A stretch of DNA of 64,000 nucleotides from an uncultured Acidobacteriota bacterium. GTDB taxonomy: Bacteria; Acidobacteriota; Thermoanaerobaculia; Gp7-AA8. The stretch covers positions 864,001 to 928,000 of the forward strand of contig CAWGHO010000003.1 of NCBI GenBank assembly GCA_963822445.1. The letters are read 5' to 3'. Below are positions 60,344 through 64,000 of the stretch, in pieces. A program made the translations under genes and the position numbers. Within the stretch, counting starts at the first letter, position 1; the number at the start of each line of letters is the position of its first letter. The notes beneath the pieces are model-generated. The model did not search any database, was not told the origin of the DNA, and saw only the letters and a program-made list of their open reading frames with translations.

Positions 60344-61696
60344 TGGGGACGACGAGGGGCCTCCGGCGGGCCGGCACGGCCGGCAGCGCTGGTTGGCCTA
60401 GCCTGAACCCACGCATGACGCACGAATCACGGCTCGAGCGAAAACTCGAGCAAAACAAGCGCTGCCGGCCGTGCCGGCCCGCCGGAGGCCTCCCGGTCGT
60501 TCTCCTTCTCGTCTTCCTCGCTGTCGCGTGCGGCAAGTCCAACGACGAAGTCGCGACCTTCAAAGTCGAGCCCCTGCAGTTCACCCGCCGCGTGACCGCG
60601 GAGGGAACGCTGAAGGCCGTGAAAGCGACGCCGGTCACCGCGCCGCACGACGCGCCGCAGGCCTTGAAAGTGTCCTGGATCGCGGATGACGGAGCGCTGC
60701 TGAAGAAGGACGAGGTGATCGTCCGTTTCGACGCGACCGACTTCGAGAACATGCTCCTCCGCGGCAACGAAGATCGCACCACGGCCTCGAACAAACTGAA
60801 CAAGGCCGGCGCTGAAGCCGGGGCGACGCGCACGAATCTCAAGCGCGACGCGAAGCAGGCCCAGGCCGAGCTCGACGCGGCGAAGCGATTCACGTTCGAC
60901 GACGCGGAGGTCTTCTCGCGGTACGCGCGCATCGAAGCGGAAGTCGACCAGGGGCTGGCCGGTCACAAGAAGACGCATGCCGAGGAAGTGCTGGTCGTTC
61001 GCGACAGCCTCGCTCGGGTCGAGCGCGACCTGCTGTCGATCGAAGACCGCAAGGCGGGCATGAAGATCACCCAGGCCGAGCAGGGTCTGCGCGCGCTGCA
61101 GGTCGTCGCTCCGCATGACGGCATCCTCGTGCTCTCGCGCAACTGGCGCGGAGACATGCCCCGCATCGGCGACATGATGTGGCGCGGGCAGCCGATCGGC
61201 GAGATCCCGGAGCTGGCGACCGATGAAGGCCGAGGTGTTCGTGCTGGAAGCCGATGCGGCCGGTCTTGCCGTCGGACAGAAGGCGACGCTTCGGCTGGAG
61301 TCGCAGCCCGACATGGTGCTCACGGGGAAGATCAAATCGGTCGACAAGATGGCCCGTCCGCGGATCCCGCGGCAGCCGGTGCAGTACTTCGGCGTGACCG
61401 TCGAGATCGACAGCCCGCAGGTCGAAATTCATGAAGCCGGGCACGCGCGTTCGCGCGATCCTCGAACTCGAGAATCAGACCGGCGCATTCGCGATCCCGC
61501 GGCAGGCCGTCTTCGAAAAGGAAGGGAAGAAGCTCGTCTATCGCAAGAAAGGCGACGGCTTCGAGTCCGTTCCGATCGTCATCGGCTCGTCGAGCGCGGG
61601 CCGTGTGGTCGTCACGAAAGGCCTCGTGAGCGGCGACAGATCGCGCTGGAGGACCCGGAGAAGGACGGGGAGGGGGCGAGCGATGGAAAATCGTGA
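60340..61696 (+). CDS. HlyD-type periplasmic adaptor lipoprotein no. 3 (frameshifts; palindromic insertion in the N-terminus)
   Basis: Lipobox AVAC; DDGALLKKD; VAPHDG; VLEADAAGL; MKPGTRVRA. Confidence 0.78.
60358..60490. repeat. palindromic element with perfect 33-bp inverted repeats inside a gene 5' end
   Basis: GGCCTCCGGCGGGCCGGCACGGCCGGCAGCGCT (60358-60390) and its exact reverse complement (60458-60490). Confidence 0.9.
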
Positions 61697-62923
61697 AACC
61701 TTCACCTCCGCCTTCGGCAACCTGGCCACGCACAAGCTGCGCACCGGCCTGACGATGCTGGGCATGATCTTCGGCGTCGGCGCGGTGATCGCCATGCTGT
61801 CGATCGGCGCCGGCGCGGAACAGAAGGCCCTCGAAGCCATCGGCCGCCTCGGCCTGCGCAACGTGATCGTCAGCGCGAAGGAAGTGAAGCCCGAGGATCG
61901 CCAGGAGATCCGCAAGAAATCGCTCGGCGTGTCCCTGCGCGACGGCGAAGCGATCATGGAGGCCGTGCCGAACATCGAACGCGTGCTGCCGCGCGTCGAG
62001 GTCAAGCCCTACAAGATCATGACCCTCGGCGCGAAGACGAAGGGCAAGGTCTTCGGCGTCTCGTCGCGCTACCGCGAGGTCGCGGACGTGCGTCTCGACG
62101 CGGGCCGTTTCTTCGACGCGCAGGACGAACGCGAGCATGCGCAGGTCTGCGTCATCGGCCAGGAGATCCGCCGCAACCTTTTCGGCTACGGCTCGGTCCT
62201 CGGCAAGCAGCTCAAGGTCAACGACGTCTGGCTCGAAGTGGTCGGCGTGCTGGCCAGCGATCCAGGCAGCGCGAATGCCTCGCAGGAAGCTGTCGCCACC
62301 ACCTCGACGTCGAAGGAGATCTGGATTCCGGTGAGCACTGCGATGCGGAAGTTCGATCGCGATCCGCTCGATGCGCCGGTCGACGAATTGATGGTGCACC
62401 GTGAAGGAAGGCGTCTCGACGCGCGCGACGGCGCAGGTGATCGAGCCGCTGCTGCAGCGTCTGCACGGCGGCGCGGACGATTACGAAGTGGTGATCCCCG
62501 AGGCTCTGCTCGAGCAGAGCCGGCAGACGCAGCGGATCTTCAACATCGTCATGGGATCGATCGCCGGGATCTCGCTCCTGGTCGGCGGGATCGGGATCAT
62601 GAACATCATGCTGGCCACGCGTGCTCGAGCGGACGCGGGAGATCGGCGTGCGCCGCGCCATCGGTGCGACGCGCAAGGACATCCGCGCGCAGTTCGTGAT
62701 CGAGTCGTTCGCGATCAGTCTGCTCGGCGGCGTCGCCGGAATCATCATCGGCATCGTCCTCGCCCGCATCGTCGCGGCGTACGCCGGCTGGCCGACGGTG
62801 ATCACGATCTGGTCGCTGCTGCTATCGACCGGCGTGTCCGTGAGCGTGGGCCTCGTGTCGGGGATTTACCCGGCCACGCGGGCGGCGGAGTTGAATCCGG
62901 TCGAGGCGTTGAGGTACGAGTGA
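61683..62923 (+). CDS. MacB/FtsX-family ABC permease (two apparent frameshifts)
   Basis: RTGLTMLGMIFGVGAVI; GGIGIMNIMLA; ERTREIGVRRAIGA; NPVEALRYE. Confidence 0.88.
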
Positions 62924-62926
62924 GCC

Positions 62927-62995
62927 GTGTAGTGTGGGCCTCCGGCCTACCTTTGGGCGGTGGAGACGAAGGTAGGCCGGAGGCCCACACTACAC
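62927..62995. repeat. GTAG-type REP palindrome, copy 2
   Basis: Arms identical to 50474-50541; loop differs. Confidence 0.88.
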
Positions 62996-63331
62996 GGGCC
63001 GCGCGTGGCGCGGCTCGTAAACGCCCAGCTTCCCCCCGCCCGGCAAGGTCACGTGCGTCAGGCGGCCCCACGGCTGGTCGTGCAACTCGCCACAGGCGAC
63101 GCCGCGCGTTTTCATGTCGCTCATGAACGCGTCGACGTCGTCGCACATCAGATAGAACTCGTGCTCGTCGTTCGTTCCGGGGTGGACCGCGACTTCCGCG
63201 GGCGGAAGGCCGAAGATCAGCCAGCCGCCGCCTACGTCGACGTTCGGAAATCCGAGGACGTCGCGCAGGAAGGCCCGGTCGGCTTCGGCATCCTTGCTGT
63301 AGATGATCGAGTGGGCGCCGGTAATCGTCAT
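62990..63331 (-). CDS. VOC/glyoxalase-family protein
   Basis: ITGAHSIIYS..DRAFLRDVLG, GWLIF.LPPAEVAVHP and PWG..LPGGG.LGVYEP. Confidence 0.85.
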   Translation of the reverse strand: MTITGAHSIIYSKDAEADRAFLRDVLGFPNVDVGGGWLIFGLPPAEVAVHPGTNDEHEFYLMCDDVDAFMSDMKTRGVACGELHDQPWGRLTHVTLPGGGKLGVYEPRHARPV

Positions 63332-63377
63332 GACGCGAAATCCTAACCTTTCGCACCAGCCGCCGTCTGTACCCGGC

Positions 63378-63926
63378 ATGAGAAGACTGCTGGCCACCTT
63401 CGCTCTCGCCCTCCTCGCCGGAACCGCCGTCGCCGCCTCGGTGGAGAACATCATCATCAGAAACGGCGACCACTCGTATGTGAACGGCGATGGACACCAA
63501 GACCACTCGCTCGGCGGTCGTTATGCCTCCTTCGAGCTGGACGGCGTTCGCTACGTCATCACCGACGAGGACACGCTCGACAAGCTCGACGAGATCATCG
63601 AGCCGCAGGTCGAGCTGGGGAAGAAGCAGGCGGCGCTGGGCGCGCGTCAGGCAAAGCTGGGCGCCGAGCAGGCGAAGCTCGGCGCGCAACAGGCGGCGCT
63701 CGGCGCGAAGCAGGCCTGGGCGCGTGACGACGAAGCGCGCGAGCTCGCCGACAAACAGCGCGAGCTGTCGGAGAAACAGCGCGAGCTCGGTGCGCGTCAG
63801 GGTGAACTGGGCGAGCGCCAGCGCGACCTCGGTGACTTGCAGCGCGAAGCCGCGAAGAAAGCCGAAAAGGAAATGGAAAACGTTTTCAGGGCCGCGGTTC
63901 GCAGCGGCGTCGCGCGGCGCCGGTAG
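63378..63926 (+). CDS. secreted protein with LGxxQxx heptad coiled coil
   Basis: Signal peptide; repeats LGKKQAA-LGARQAK-LGAEQAK-LGAQQAA. Confidence 0.75.
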   Translation: MRRLLATFALALLAGTAVAASVENIIIRNGDHSYVNGDGHQDHSLGGRYASFELDGVRYVITDEDTLDKLDEIIEPQVELGKKQAALGARQAKLGAEQAKLGAQQAALGAKQAWARDDEARELADKQRELSEKQRELGARQGELGERQRDLGDLQREAAKKAEKEMENVFRAAVRSGVARRR

Positions 63927-63945
63927 TTCCTATAATCGCGCCTCC

Positions 63946-64000
63946 ATGCGCATCGCTCGATTCGTCCTTCCACTCCTGCTCATCGCCGCCGCGGGATCGG
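63946..64000 (+). CDS. 5' end of a secreted protein (truncated by the window edge)
   Basis: TATAAT at 63931-63936, then MRIARFVLPLLLIAAAGS. Confidence 0.55.
   Translation, partial: MRIARFVLPLLLIAAAGS

Noticed and set aside
63625-63845. DNA tandem repeat near the window end
   Set aside because: Explained by the heptad coiled-coil protein sequence, with synonymous variation between units.

Overview
High-GC (roughly two-thirds G+C, judged by eye) bacterial chromosomal segment. Gene content (YfhO-type GT-C protein, carboxypeptidase-regulatory-like repeat protein, many MacB-type permeases, DUF5117/DUF4953 metalloprotease) suggests an Acidobacteriota/Thermoanaerobaculia-like organism; this is an inference. 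It holds about 60 CDS: three MacA/MacB-type exporter loci, a lysS-pheS-pheT operon, a cysteine-desulfurase-like/rhodanese/archease/rtcB cluster, an SPFH plus NAD-kinase-like pair, a tRNA-His-hisS-hutH unit, egtD, and many secreted hypothetical proteins. Clustered frameshifts in essential genes (lysS, pheT, hisS) look like uncorrected long-read indel errors. Main highlights: (1) a tRNA-His with no encoded G-1 and with G1:U72/A73, directly upstream of an alphaproteobacterial-type HisRS that is translationally coupled to a histidine ammonia-lyase; (2) a probable selenoprotein rhodanese (C-T-U-P, in-frame TGA followed by a SECIS-like hairpin); (3) a PheRS with altered active-site motifs; (4) a 1.7-kb lower-GC islet flanked by a duplicated, recoded gene 3' end; (5) several families of palindromic intergenic elements, some supplying stop codons or inserted in-frame; (6) a stand-alone EF-Tu domain III-like protein; (7) frequent TANNNT boxes 7-10 nt before start codons, suggesting leaderless transcription. 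No CRISPR array, rRNA, integrase or transposase was seen.
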